Positions 1-7,827 of a DNA stretch of 31,362 nucleotides are shown here, piece by piece. Both the position numbers and the translations under genes were made by a program. The notes under the pieces were generated by a model, which was not told the DNA's origin, searched no databases, and worked only from the letters and a program-made list of their open reading frames with translations. Each line of letters begins with the position of its first letter. The first letter of the stretch is position 1. The DNA is from a virus (Duplodnaviria > Caudoviricetes), in IMG/VR virus record IMGVR_UViG_3300031605_000017, positions 1 through 31,362 of that record; one strand, written 5' to 3'.

Positions 1-488
1 TCATATTGAGGTTTGGAAACTTTTCCACTTTTGTAATCTGTAACAGTTAGCGATCCATCTTCTTCTTCAGTCCAACGATCAATGAACCCCAAAAGAGGAA
101 CGTCGTTGATGGAAGCAGAGAACTTGTCCTCTATCCCGCGGATCTTAACATCTGGTGGGTTCTCCATGCCGAAAACGTTTTCGACACACCACCATGCCTG
201 CCAACGAAAGTCGTTTATATTCTTGATCCGAACCGTGCTGGTTTCTTCTATGAACTTATTTTCCCACAGTTCCCGAGCAATTCGTCTTGCTTCTGCAAGC
301 GTTCGCTCTTCCGAATCCAACGCATAAAACCCTTCTAGAATTTCGTGAACGAATGTTCCTAAAATCATTGCCTCTGAGGTCGGTTCCGGTATTCGATCTA
401 TACGAGAAAACCTGTATCGGAGAGGGCACTGCTCGTAGGTCGTAATACTGGATGCCGATAGGTGCGTAGGTAAAGGTAGAGCGGTCAT
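1..488 (-). CDS. PD-(D/E)XK (RecB-family) exonuclease, 5' part; runs off the window
   Basis: Manual translation from ATG 488: MTALPLPTHLSASSITTYEQCPLRYRFSRID...LGTFVHEILE...IEDKF...GFIDRW...VTDYKSGK. This has the HLSxS/CP, GTxxH, G-x-ID and DYK motifs. ATGA overlap with the stop of the 485..925 gene. Absent from the ORF track because its stop lies outside the window. Confidence 0.9.
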   Translation of the reverse strand, partial: MTALPLPTHLSASSITTYEQCPLRYRFSRIDRIPEPTSEAMILGTFVHEILEGFYALDSEERTLAEARRIARELWENKFIEETSTVRIKNINDFRWQAWWCVENVFGMENPPDVKIRGIEDKFSASINDVPLLGFIDRWTEEEDGSLTVTDYKSGKVSKPQY

Positions 489-925
489 GGTAGGTAACCG
501 TGCGAGAAACTAAAACCTACAGGCTTAATCGGATCGACGGTTTCGACCACCTTGAACATTTCTGAACCCTTCATCAAGTCTTCAAGGTCAGATTTAGAAT
601 CCAGCATCTTAGGAGTGATCTTTGCTCCATCAGTGGGCAGAGCATCGGCAATATTTTTTATCGCTGTTTTTGTTTCCACTTCCAAACTTCGACCGCTGAT
701 AACAGCATCACAGATGACAGGTCGTAAATCAACCATTAGAACTCCACCATCAAGGCTGATCTCAGCATCAGCGATGAGGGCATAATCTAGAAAGTCTTCT
801 TCGGCTTGTCTAATGAACGCTTTACGTTCAGCGCCAGCAACCGGAGGCATGTTGCGCCGTCGCACTCCATCGGCTCGTTCTTTGAACCGTCGAACCATGG
901 CCTCTAAATCCAGTATTTCTTTCAT
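485..925 (-). CDS. Hypothetical protein (146 aa)
   Basis: ORF with ATGA overlaps to both neighbours. The N-terminal ~70 aa (RFKERA..V..RNMPPVAG.ER..FI.QA..DF.D.A.I.DA) looks like a compact conserved domain. Confidence 0.8.
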   Translation of the reverse strand: MKEILDLEAMVRRFKERADGVRRRNMPPVAGAERKAFIRQAEEDFLDYALIADAEISLDGGVLMVDLRPVICDAVISGRSLEVETKTAIKNIADALPTDGAKITPKMLDSKSDLEDLMKGSEMFKVVETVDPIKPVGFSFSHGYLP

Positions 926-1068
926 TTTCTTTCTAGCATCTTTCTGTGTTTCTCATTCTCCGCCTCAAGGGCTTCTTTCTTCTCTAGGAGATACTTATCG
1001 TATTCCTTTTGACGTTCGGCCATAATGTAGCCGTGCGTGTAAGTGTCTGGCGTGGAATCAATACCCAT
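922..1068 (-). CDS. Small charged, coiled-coil-like protein (48 aa)
   Basis: Manual translation MGIDSTPDTYTHGYIMAERQKEYDKYLLEKKEALEAENEKHRKMLERK*. It fills the gap exactly, with a TAATG overlap upstream and an ATGA overlap downstream. Below the ORF-track size cutoff. Confidence 0.75.
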   Translation of the reverse strand: MGIDSTPDTYTHGYIMAERQKEYDKYLLEKKEALEAENEKHRKMLERK

Positions 1069-1721
1069 TAGTAGGTCTCTACTTCTTCCGTTACTTGTTC
1101 TGCACTAAACGATAGCCGAATGACTTCAACCTGACACTTCTCAAACTGGTCTGGATTCATATTGCGACCCGGCTTCTCTCCCGTAAAGCCCTGCTCCTTG
1201 AACCATGCACGGAACTCGTTCTTCTGGTCTTCGGTAAGCGACTTAAAATTACCTACAAAGACTTTCCACTTCTCCGCATCAACAGGATAGGACTCTTCGA
1301 TTTCCAACGTCAAGGCTTCTTCACTTCGTGCCAGATGCAAGGCAATGCCAAGACCTTGACATGCCTTTTTAAAGGCATCGCTGGTTGCGATCTTGAAATC
1401 ATTTCCAAGATCCATAACCCCGCCACCCTTAAGCGTCTTGATCTTGGTTCCACCATACGCTTCCTTGATGGCAGTCACCCCGTCAACATTTGCGACAACC
1501 CGGACATGAGAAATCACATGCTCTTTGTATTCGGGCTGAACATGACACTTGAGAACTTCATAGTTCCATCCACCCGTACCAAGCACCTTGTTCAACCGGG
1601 CGATGTATTCCGCCACGGCAACATAATCAAACTGACGCCCCCCAAGAGAGCGCTGATAAATGAGTGTCTCGTCAAACGGTTCTGCTAGTTGATCGGCCTG
1701 CGATTTTTCAGCCACGGTCAT
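1068..1721 (-). CDS. Rad52/Rad22 (Sak-like) single-strand annealing protein
   Basis: Motifs DYV...YIARLNKVLG.GGW.YEV and K.A.SDAFKKAC..LGIA..L are typical of Rad52_Rad22. Start moved to ATG 1721 because AGGAG precedes it. Co-oriented with an exonuclease. Confidence 0.88.
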   Translation of the reverse strand: MTVAEKSQADQLAEPFDETLIYQRSLGGRQFDYVAVAEYIARLNKVLGTGGWNYEVLKCHVQPEYKEHVISHVRVVANVDGVTAIKEAYGGTKIKTLKGGGVMDLGNDFKIATSDAFKKACQGLGIALHLARSEEALTLEIEESYPVDAEKWKVFVGNFKSLTEDQKNEFRAWFKEQGFTGEKPGRNMNPDQFEKCQVEVIRLSFSAEQVTEEVETY

Positions 1722-2202
1722 TGCTCCTATAGATAAGGTTGGTATTGGGTTCTCCGACATCGCAATACTCGTCGGCATCAATTCCTAAATCACGCAAAGC
1801 CTGCACCCTCCAATATGAGGGTGCTGCGTAATCCAGTAACTCTTTGATCATCTGTCGGGGACTTTTAGTTATCTCTCCGGTGTCCATGTCGATAGCGGTG
1901 TCGGCAATTCTTTGAGCAACCAATTCCGCCAATTTGTCATGGTCCCACTTTTTGCGTGGCGCACCAGTCTTGGTTTCCATATTGAACTGTTGGGCCTGAA
2001 TCGGGGTTCGATCCCAATCGGAATCCAACAAAATCGACTTGGCTTCCTCCTGCAAAGAGGCGATAATTTTTTTCGCCTCAGACAGTATGAAACCCAAATG
2101 CACCAAACGGTAAGTCCGTTCTGGATCATCCGTCGTTCGCTCAAGGTGAACGGACTCGTCTAATTTATTTAGGGTTTCTGAAAGTTCCTCTTGGATGCCC
2201 AC
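1708..2202 (-). CDS. Hypothetical phage protein, first gene of the recombination operon (164 aa)
   Basis: C-terminal part of ORF 1708..2433. GTG 2202 is preceded by AGGAGAGGAA and a good promoter. Protein-like sequence (KWDH.KL...DTGEI...SYWRV.AL..LGIDADEYC). Confidence 0.8.
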   Translation of the reverse strand: MGIQEELSETLNKLDESVHLERTTDDPERTYRLVHLGFILSEAKKIIASLQEEAKSILLDSDWDRTPIQAQQFNMETKTGAPRKKWDHDKLAELVAQRIADTAIDMDTGEITKSPRQMIKELLDYAAPSYWRVQALRDLGIDADEYCDVGEPNTNLIYRSNDRG

Positions 2203-2231
2203 AGGTTCCTCTCCTAGTAGCAGTTGAAAAC

Positions 2232-2260
2232 AAGATAGCACAGGGGTGAGAGAAGCGCAA
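2232..2260 (-). promoter_or_regulatory. Sigma70/SigA-type promoter of the recombination operon
   Basis: Minus strand TTGCGC-N17-TATCTT with extended -10 TGn, about 30 bp upstream of GTG 2202. Confidence 0.7.
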
Positions 2261-2271
2261 CCGGCGGGCAG

Positions 2272-2287
2272 GCGAACAGGTGTTCGA
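2272..2287. promoter_or_regulatory. LexA (SOS/Cheo) box
   Basis: gCGAAC-AGGT-GTTCGa matches 11 of 12 positions of the actinobacterial consensus TCGAAC-N4-GTTCGA. Intergenic, about 12 bp upstream of the -35 of the recombination operon. Confidence 0.7.
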
Positions 2288-2348
2288 TTTTTTGCCTTTT
2301 TACTAATGTTACTTTTAAAGTAGGAATACTTACTAACTAACAAAATCG

Positions 2349-2632
2349 TTACTCTGGGAGCAAGAGGGCGAGAGTTCTTGGCCCTCCAAAGGGAGAACCA
2401 AGATTTACTCCGGTCACAGTCGGACTGTCGCAAATGGCACCTTGCGCTTTGAACAGAAGCGGTCGGTCAGCGGGCATCCACACTTCATCCGATTTCGTTC
2501 TGGTGCTGGTGCTGACTGCTGCCGAGTTCCACCATGAAGTGTAGGTCAGGGGCGTCCCACCACAGGACGTTAAGATTCCAGCCCCTCTAACGGGCGAACG
2601 ACGCTGGTCAGGCGACGCCGGAGAACCGGAAG
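2349..2632 (-). ncRNA. Candidate structured non-coding RNA, family unrecognised
   Basis: Lies directly downstream of a near-consensus promoter, has no credible CDS, and shows several nested helices including long-range pairing of 2624-2631 with 2408-2415. Confidence 0.45.
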
Positions 2633-2637
2633 ATGGC

Positions 2638-2666
2638 AACATAACCCCACCGTCGGAACTTGTCAA
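2638..2666 (-). promoter_or_regulatory. Near-consensus sigma70/SigA-type promoter
   Basis: Minus strand TTGACA-N17-TATGTT, starting just after the terminase stop codon. Confidence 0.75.
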
Positions 2667-2669
2667 GCC

Positions 2670-3974
2670 CTAGATGATGATCGACACCCGGCCACGCATT
2701 CGGTGGCCTAAACCGGCCACCTCGTTGAAGCAAGAAGAGGCGGCATCTACTTGATCGTCGTGCCACGCTGACTCTGGGAAAGTTGCCATTTCATCAAGGA
2801 GGTCTGAAATGTACGGTCCCCTGACGAGTCTGACGTTTCCGTTGGCAACGGCAGCAGACAGAGGTTTGGCACGGGTAACTTTGTCGCCCGTGGAGCGAAT
2901 GCCGATGAAGTCGATACCGGGAAGGATGTAACGGGCGTACAGGTCGATCAGGCTTTTACCGCTGCTCCCCGGCTCCTGTTCCATCCGGACGGCGACGTGG
3001 GGGCCATCCAGTTCGGCTGTTCGGGCGACCAGTTTTTCTACGTCTGCTCCGTTGACTCTGACCCTTTGAACATCGATGAGGTAGAACACCCCTTGGTCGA
3101 ATGCTCCAAGGACGCCGACGGTCCAGTCGGGATCCGGGTTCACATGAGATGGTTCGGTGGCGGCAAGATCCCAGAACCGACACCACTGAGCGTCCACGAA
3201 ATCAGGAAGATCGGTTGGTTCCATGATGACGAAGTTCTCACGGTCGAACAGGCTTCCTGAGGACACCGCCCACCAGTCGCCTTTTTCTAGTCGTGCGCGT
3301 TCGATGGGGTCGATTTCTTGAAGGGCACGCCGGTATGAGATGGGGTCGATGCCGGGGTTGTCGTCTAGGAAACTGGGAACAAAGATTCGGTCAGGACTGT
3401 TGTCTCCCTCTTCGATGAAACGTTGTCTCACCCAGTTTGGGGCGGGGTTGGATGCCGCACGCATTCTGAGTGGTACTTTGGAGAGTTCACCAGAGTTTGG
3501 TTTACGCAACCGAGAGAAAAGATAACGATAGTCAAATTCACGAATTTCAGTTACTTCGTCCATTCCAATGAATTGAAATTCGCTGGACTTGTACCGTAAA
3601 TAGTCGTTTTGGTTATTTAGGTAACCGAAGGTGATTCTTGCACCAGATGGAAATGTCGCAACATAGGTGGACCCATTCCACCTAATCTCGTCGTATTCTT
3701 TAACCCAAGAAAGAAATCTATCCATTAGAGCGCCGGGGAGGGCTAGATCGGCATATGTACGTCGGAACAGGATGGCAGAGTATGCGGGGATATCGACATA
3801 TTGGAGAGCGGCCATCAGTAGGGCCGACGACTTACCACCTCCAGCGGCTCCACCGAACAGACCTTCAAGATGGTGAGAGCGTAAAAAGGTCTTTTGGGTT
3901 AGCGATGGAGTTTCTGGACAAAAAAGCGGATCCTTCGGCTGAAGGAACTCATAGATGTCCGACCAGTCTTTCAT
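2670..3974 (-). CDS. terL: Terminase large subunit (Terminase_6/6C type)
   Basis: Walker A GGAAGGGKS, Walker B FIGMDE, ASNP coupling motif, RNase H-like nuclease motifs RFWDLA...D.DWT and HDDQVDA. Confidence 0.95.
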   Translation of the reverse strand: MKDWSDIYEFLQPKDPLFCPETPSLTQKTFLRSHHLEGLFGGAAGGGKSSALLMAALQYVDIPAYSAILFRRTYADLALPGALMDRFLSWVKEYDEIRWNGSTYVATFPSGARITFGYLNNQNDYLRYKSSEFQFIGMDEVTEIREFDYRYLFSRLRKPNSGELSKVPLRMRAASNPAPNWVRQRFIEEGDNSPDRIFVPSFLDDNPGIDPISYRRALQEIDPIERARLEKGDWWAVSSGSLFDRENFVIMEPTDLPDFVDAQWCRFWDLAATEPSHVNPDPDWTVGVLGAFDQGVFYLIDVQRVRVNGADVEKLVARTAELDGPHVAVRMEQEPGSSGKSLIDLYARYILPGIDFIGIRSTGDKVTRAKPLSAAVANGNVRLVRGPYISDLLDEMATFPESAWHDDQVDAASSCFNEVAGLGHRMRGRVSIII

Positions 3975-4025
3975 AATGGGTTATGCTACCTTGAAACCTT
4001 CGTCGGAACGTGACAGGATACGAAT

Positions 4026-4193
4026 GTGAGAAAGATTATCGCTTCTGTGGGACGTTCTAATATTGCTCATGCGTGCATGGTGTCTTCTGTAATACTATTA
4101 GGTCTAGGACTGGGTCAGTTTCACATCGGCTGGGGGATCACAGCATGGGGACTTGGGCTGGGCATATACGGCTATCTGTTAGGTGCTGAATAA
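4026..4193 (+). CDS. Small membrane protein (55 aa) preceding the portal
   Basis: Manual translation from GTG 4026: MRKIIASVGRSNIAHACMVSSVILLGLGLGQFHIGWGITAWGLGLGIYGYLLGAE*. Two hydrophobic segments; ends 2 bp before the portal ATG. Confidence 0.7.
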   Translation: MRKIIASVGRSNIAHACMVSSVILLGLGLGQFHIGWGITAWGLGLGIYGYLLGAE

Positions 4194-4195
4194 AC

Positions 4196-6418
4196 ATGGC
4201 ATGGAATCACAACAAGGCAATTCAACCTGACGAGAAAAAGGCTATTTCAATTGGAGCGCCTGTTTCCTATAACGCCGGTCTTGTGGGTAAACCATACACC
4301 GACGGTTGGGATATTGAGCGAGCCTATCGCGAAGGAGTCGCTAAAGTCACTTGGGTCTATCGTGCCATTGATGCTATCGCTAGTAATCAGGCACGACTGC
4401 CGATCATGTTTCTTCAGGACAACTCTCCATTTGGGGAGAAGGTGGACCGAGATGAAGAAAACGCGAACGTTGCGAAAATTCTGAACCAGCAATCCAACGA
4501 CGGCGAGAATTCTTTCCTTTTTCGGTATCGGCTTTCTGCCCAGTTGTTGATGAGTACCCGTGGAGTGTTTATTGAGATCGTTCGTGGCCGCGGCGGTGAC
4601 CCGGTGGCATTGCATTTGCTTCCCCCGCAGAACACGGCTCCCATTCCCCACGAAAAGAAGTTCGTGTCGGCGTTTGAGGTTGAACTGCCGAACGGTAAGA
4701 AACAAAATCTCAATCCGAAGAATGTTATTTGGATCCGTCGTCCACATCCGTTGGACCCGTATTTGTCTATGACTCCAATGGAATCGTCGGGTATTGCAAT
4801 AGAGACTGAAACATTAGCAAAGTTGTATAATAGAAACTTTCTTTTAAATGATGGTCGCCCCGGTGGGCTGCTGGTTTTGCGAGGGCAGATTGATGACGAC
4901 GACAAACAGGAACTCCAAGCCCGATTCCGAGGAGGTCTTTCAAGAGCAGGCGGTATCGGCGTTATTGCATCAGATGACGGCGCGGACTTTGTCGATACCG
5001 GCGCTTCCCCACGGGACGCAGCGTATGAGTCTCTTAGACAAATTACGAAGGAAGAAATTCTCGCCTCCTTCGGAGTCCCCGAATCCATAATCGGTAACGC
5101 GTCGGGCAGAACGTTTGCCAACGCTTCTGAAGAGGGGCGTGTGTTCTGGTCAGAGACAATGGATCCACATTTGGAACTGTTGTCTAGGGGGCTAGACATC
5201 TTGGATGATAACTTTTATGTTACGTTCGATACTTCTTCGGTGCCGGTTTTGACGATAGGCAAGCAGGAACGTGACCGGTATTATTTGACGGAGCATCAGC
5301 AGGGTTTGATCACTGCTAATGAGTATCGGCATAAGACTGGAAAAGAAAAGGTCGATTCCTATTTGGCGGATTCGATGTTGGCGAACCCGAACTTGGCTCC
5401 GATTGGGAATACCGAAGAGGCGATGACCAAGGAAGAGGCGATGGGTGGCGCTGGTGGTCCGGGTGGACCGATGCCTCCGGGCGCTGAGGGTGAACTGCCA
5501 CCTGAAGGTGCCGCTCCTCCGGGTGCCGCTCCTCCGGGTGCCGCTCCCCCAATCCCTGAACCCGCGGCGGGTGTTGCTGAACCGGAACTACCTCTTGGCG
5601 AGTTCCCAATGCCGAAAGAGGGAGTACCGGAAGGAATGGAAGTCAAGCATTTTGAATTGGGTGGCGAGTGGGAAAATAAAGCCGCACAGGATGTGGATCG
5701 TTGGGAAGCCATTTTTGCCCGGTCGTTGGAACGTTACTTCCAGCGTCAGGAGCGAGTGATTACTGAGAAGGTTTCCGGAGCCAAGGCTAAGCGCTTATTG
5801 AGTTCTGGCGATCTCACCGTTGACGCCATTTGGGATGTTGATACTTGGAACAAGCAATTGCGGGAAGACATGGCTCCGGTTATCGAAGGGGCGATGATGG
5901 AAGCCACCGTCACGGCCTTGAAGGAATCTGATGAAAAGGTTGACCCTTCGGAGGAAGAGATTCAAACGTATATTGAGTCTCAGTTGTTGCGAACCGAAAA
6001 AGTGAATGAGACTACGAAGAAGGAATTAGCAGCGGCGATTTTGTTAGCGATGATGCTTTTGGGTGATGATGATGATTCGGCTCCGATTTCGGCAAAGGTT
6101 GCTCTGCTGGTGACTGCTGTGGCGGCGGTATTTGTTGCGTTGCAGACGAAACGCTTGAAGCGGATTGCAGAGGTTGAGAGTAATGGCGCGTATAACGCTG
6201 GTCTGTATTTTGGTGGTCGCCGTGCTGGGGCTGACACTAAGACTTGGTTGACCCGTAAAGATGACAAGGTTCGTACCGGTCATGCAGTAATTGAAAGCCA
6301 GACTATTCCGATTGGGAATAGTTTCAAAAAGGGTGTGATTTTGCGATTCCCCGGTGATCCTTTGGCTCCACCGTCTTTGACGATCAACTGTCGGTGTCTC
6401 TTAAAATTCGGAGATTAA
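4196..6418 (+). CDS. HK97-family portal protein fused through a Pro/Gly-rich linker to a C-terminal MuF-like domain
   Basis: Portal motifs VYRAIDAIA..ARLP, N..N..RPGGLL, I...FGVP..IIG, G.IT.NE.R. C-terminal KTWLT..D.KVR..H...FPGDP...INCRC is the Mu gpF/SPP1 gp7 signature. Confidence 0.93.
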   Translation: MAWNHNKAIQPDEKKAISIGAPVSYNAGLVGKPYTDGWDIERAYREGVAKVTWVYRAIDAIASNQARLPIMFLQDNSPFGEKVDRDEENANVAKILNQQSNDGENSFLFRYRLSAQLLMSTRGVFIEIVRGRGGDPVALHLLPPQNTAPIPHEKKFVSAFEVELPNGKKQNLNPKNVIWIRRPHPLDPYLSMTPMESSGIAIETETLAKLYNRNFLLNDGRPGGLLVLRGQIDDDDKQELQARFRGGLSRAGGIGVIASDDGADFVDTGASPRDAAYESLRQITKEEILASFGVPESIIGNASGRTFANASEEGRVFWSETMDPHLELLSRGLDILDDNFYVTFDTSSVPVLTIGKQERDRYYLTEHQQGLITANEYRHKTGKEKVDSYLADSMLANPNLAPIGNTEEAMTKEEAMGGAGGPGGPMPPGAEGELPPEGAAPPGAAPPGAAPPIPEPAAGVAEPELPLGEFPMPKEGVPEGMEVKHFELGGEWENKAAQDVDRWEAIFARSLERYFQRQERVITEKVSGAKAKRLLSSGDLTVDAIWDVDTWNKQLREDMAPVIEGAMMEATVTALKESDEKVDPSEEEIQTYIESQLLRTEKVNETTKKELAAAILLAMMLLGDDDDSAPISAKVALLVTAVAAVFVALQTKRLKRIAEVESNGAYNAGLYFGGRRAGADTKTWLTRKDDKVRTGHAVIESQTIPIGNSFKKGVILRFPGDPLAPPSLTINCRCLLKFGD
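5507..5550 (+). repeat. 15-bp tandem repeat x3 encoding GAAPP
   Basis: GGTGCCGCTCCTCCG occurs twice exactly, followed by a third near-identical copy, in the portal linker. Confidence 0.9.
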
Positions 6419-6421
6419 GGG

Positions 6422-6447
6422 TTTTAGTAAACTGCTTTTAGTAAACT
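6422..6447 (+). promoter_or_regulatory. 12-bp direct repeat TTTTAGTAAACT x2 upstream of the protease gene
   Basis: Copies at 6422-6433 and 6436-6447 in the portal-protease gap, followed by a TG-TATACT -10-like hexamer near 6474. Regulatory role is inferred. Confidence 0.5.
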
Positions 6448-6507
6448 TGCCATTTTGGGTTACGGTGTCGCTGTATACTCTTGATAGTTCGTCTATTTGG
6501 AGTCGCC

Positions 6508-7818
6508 ATGCCTACAATGACTGTTATAGAAGATACAGATATTCAGTTTAAAACCCGTGCTGGCCAGATCAATATTGACAAGGCAGAGGGTATTGTTGAA
6601 TGTTTTGTCGCGGCAATTGGAAACAAGGATTCCGTGGGCGACATCATTGTTCCGGGGGCATTCACAAGTTCCCTGAAACGTCGTAAGCCGCGTGTTGTTT
6701 GGGGACACAACTGGAATGAGCCAATCGGCAAAGTGTTGACGATTGAAGAGGTTAAGCCCAAGGACAGTCGGCTTCCGAAGAAGATGTTTGATGCCGGAGT
6801 TGGTGGCCTATACGCGCGAGTTCAGTTTAATTTGAACTCTCAGCGCGGAAAAGAAGCCTTTGCCAATGTCGCCTTCTTTGGTGAGGAGCAGGAATGGAGC
6901 ATTGGCTACAAGACGATTGATGCCGATTACGACGCCACCCATCAGGCAAATGTTCTGAAAGAGGTGGAACTGTACGAGGTTTCACCCGTTCTCCATGGGG
7001 CGAACCAGTTGACTGGCACGCTGTCCGTGAAAGATAACGAAGCGTCCGAGTGCGGCACGGAGGGCGAGTTGTGTGCTGTTAAAAATTTGGTACCGGACGA
7101 GGTCGAAGAAAAGGCCGATGAAGAGGTGACCATATTTGCGTCATTGCTTGAGACGGCGGTTAAGGGATCTTTCGATGACGAAGATGTCAAGTTGTGGGAC
7201 TTCGATGATGAACGGGCTGCCGTCACTAAGGGTGATGAAGCGTGGGTTGTGAGTTACCACTACAACAAAGACAGTTCCGAATTCATGTTTGCTCAGCCCA
7301 AGGCTGCGGTTTTGGAAACTTTCGTTCGTGTGCTGGAAGACACGGCATGTGGTTGTGAAAAGACTGATGGATCCTGTGGCTGCGACCACGAAGAGAAGTC
7401 TTTGGAGGAAGATCTTGAGGTCAAAGTTGGCCGCAAGATCTCTTCTAGGAATGTTCAGAAAATCACTAATGTTATTGAAATTCTTCAGAGTGTTTGCAAT
7501 GAGGTAATGCCATCTGAAGGTCCACTGGAGCGGAAAGAGCCGCTAGTTGCAAAGGTTTTGATTCCGGGTACATATTCGGATTACGCAGAAGCAATTCCGT
7601 TTGAATGTGCTACGGAAGAAGAGATTGCCGATGTTGTAGAGGCGTTGGTGAAAGTTGGGGTTCCGGTTCAGTGCCCAACTCCTGAATCTGTTGCCTTGGG
7701 GTATAAGACTGTAGAGGTTTTGATGCCTGAAGGTGAAAAAGAAAAAAAGAGTGTTGCTCGCATCATGAGCAAGGCTTTGCTGAGTATCGACTGGCTAGTT
7801 AACGAGCCTTCCAAATAG
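6508..7818 (+). CDS. HK97-family prohead (capsid maturation) protease with long C-terminal extension
   Basis: Motifs GN.DSVGDII.PGAF..SL, W.HNW..PIGK, WSIGY and ELYEVSPVLHGAN. ATG 6508 is preceded by GGAG. Confidence 0.93.
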   Translation: MPTMTVIEDTDIQFKTRAGQINIDKAEGIVECFVAAIGNKDSVGDIIVPGAFTSSLKRRKPRVVWGHNWNEPIGKVLTIEEVKPKDSRLPKKMFDAGVGGLYARVQFNLNSQRGKEAFANVAFFGEEQEWSIGYKTIDADYDATHQANVLKEVELYEVSPVLHGANQLTGTLSVKDNEASECGTEGELCAVKNLVPDEVEEKADEEVTIFASLLETAVKGSFDDEDVKLWDFDDERAAVTKGDEAWVVSYHYNKDSSEFMFAQPKAAVLETFVRVLEDTACGCEKTDGSCGCDHEEKSLEEDLEVKVGRKISSRNVQKITNVIEILQSVCNEVMPSEGPLERKEPLVAKVLIPGTYSDYAEAIPFECATEEEIADVVEALVKVGVPVQCPTPESVALGYKTVEVLMPEGEKEKKSVARIMSKALLSIDWLVNEPSK

Positions 7819-7827
7819 GAGTCTAAA

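Noticed and set aside
347-358. GAAC-N4-GTTC core inside the nuclease gene
   Set aside because: Only the 8-base core matches, it is intragenic, and such a match is expected by chance in a window this size.
1-488. Cas4 or CRISPR association of the nuclease
   Set aside because: No repeat-spacer array or other cas genes in the window; the Rad52-like neighbour points to a recombination exonuclease.
2203-2433. N-terminal 77 codons of ORF 1708..2433
   Set aside because: They run across the AT tract, LexA box and promoter; GTG 2202 has a strong RBS.
2548-2586. GGGGCTG start resembling tmRNA or tRNA-Ala
   Set aside because: No matching T-arm with a CCA acceptor end and no tag reading frame was found.
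2349-2666. 105-aa minus-strand ORF as a real gene
   Set aside because: Its TTG start is the -35 hexamer TTGACA, it has no RBS, and the translation is Ser/Pro/Gly-rich without recognisable motifs.
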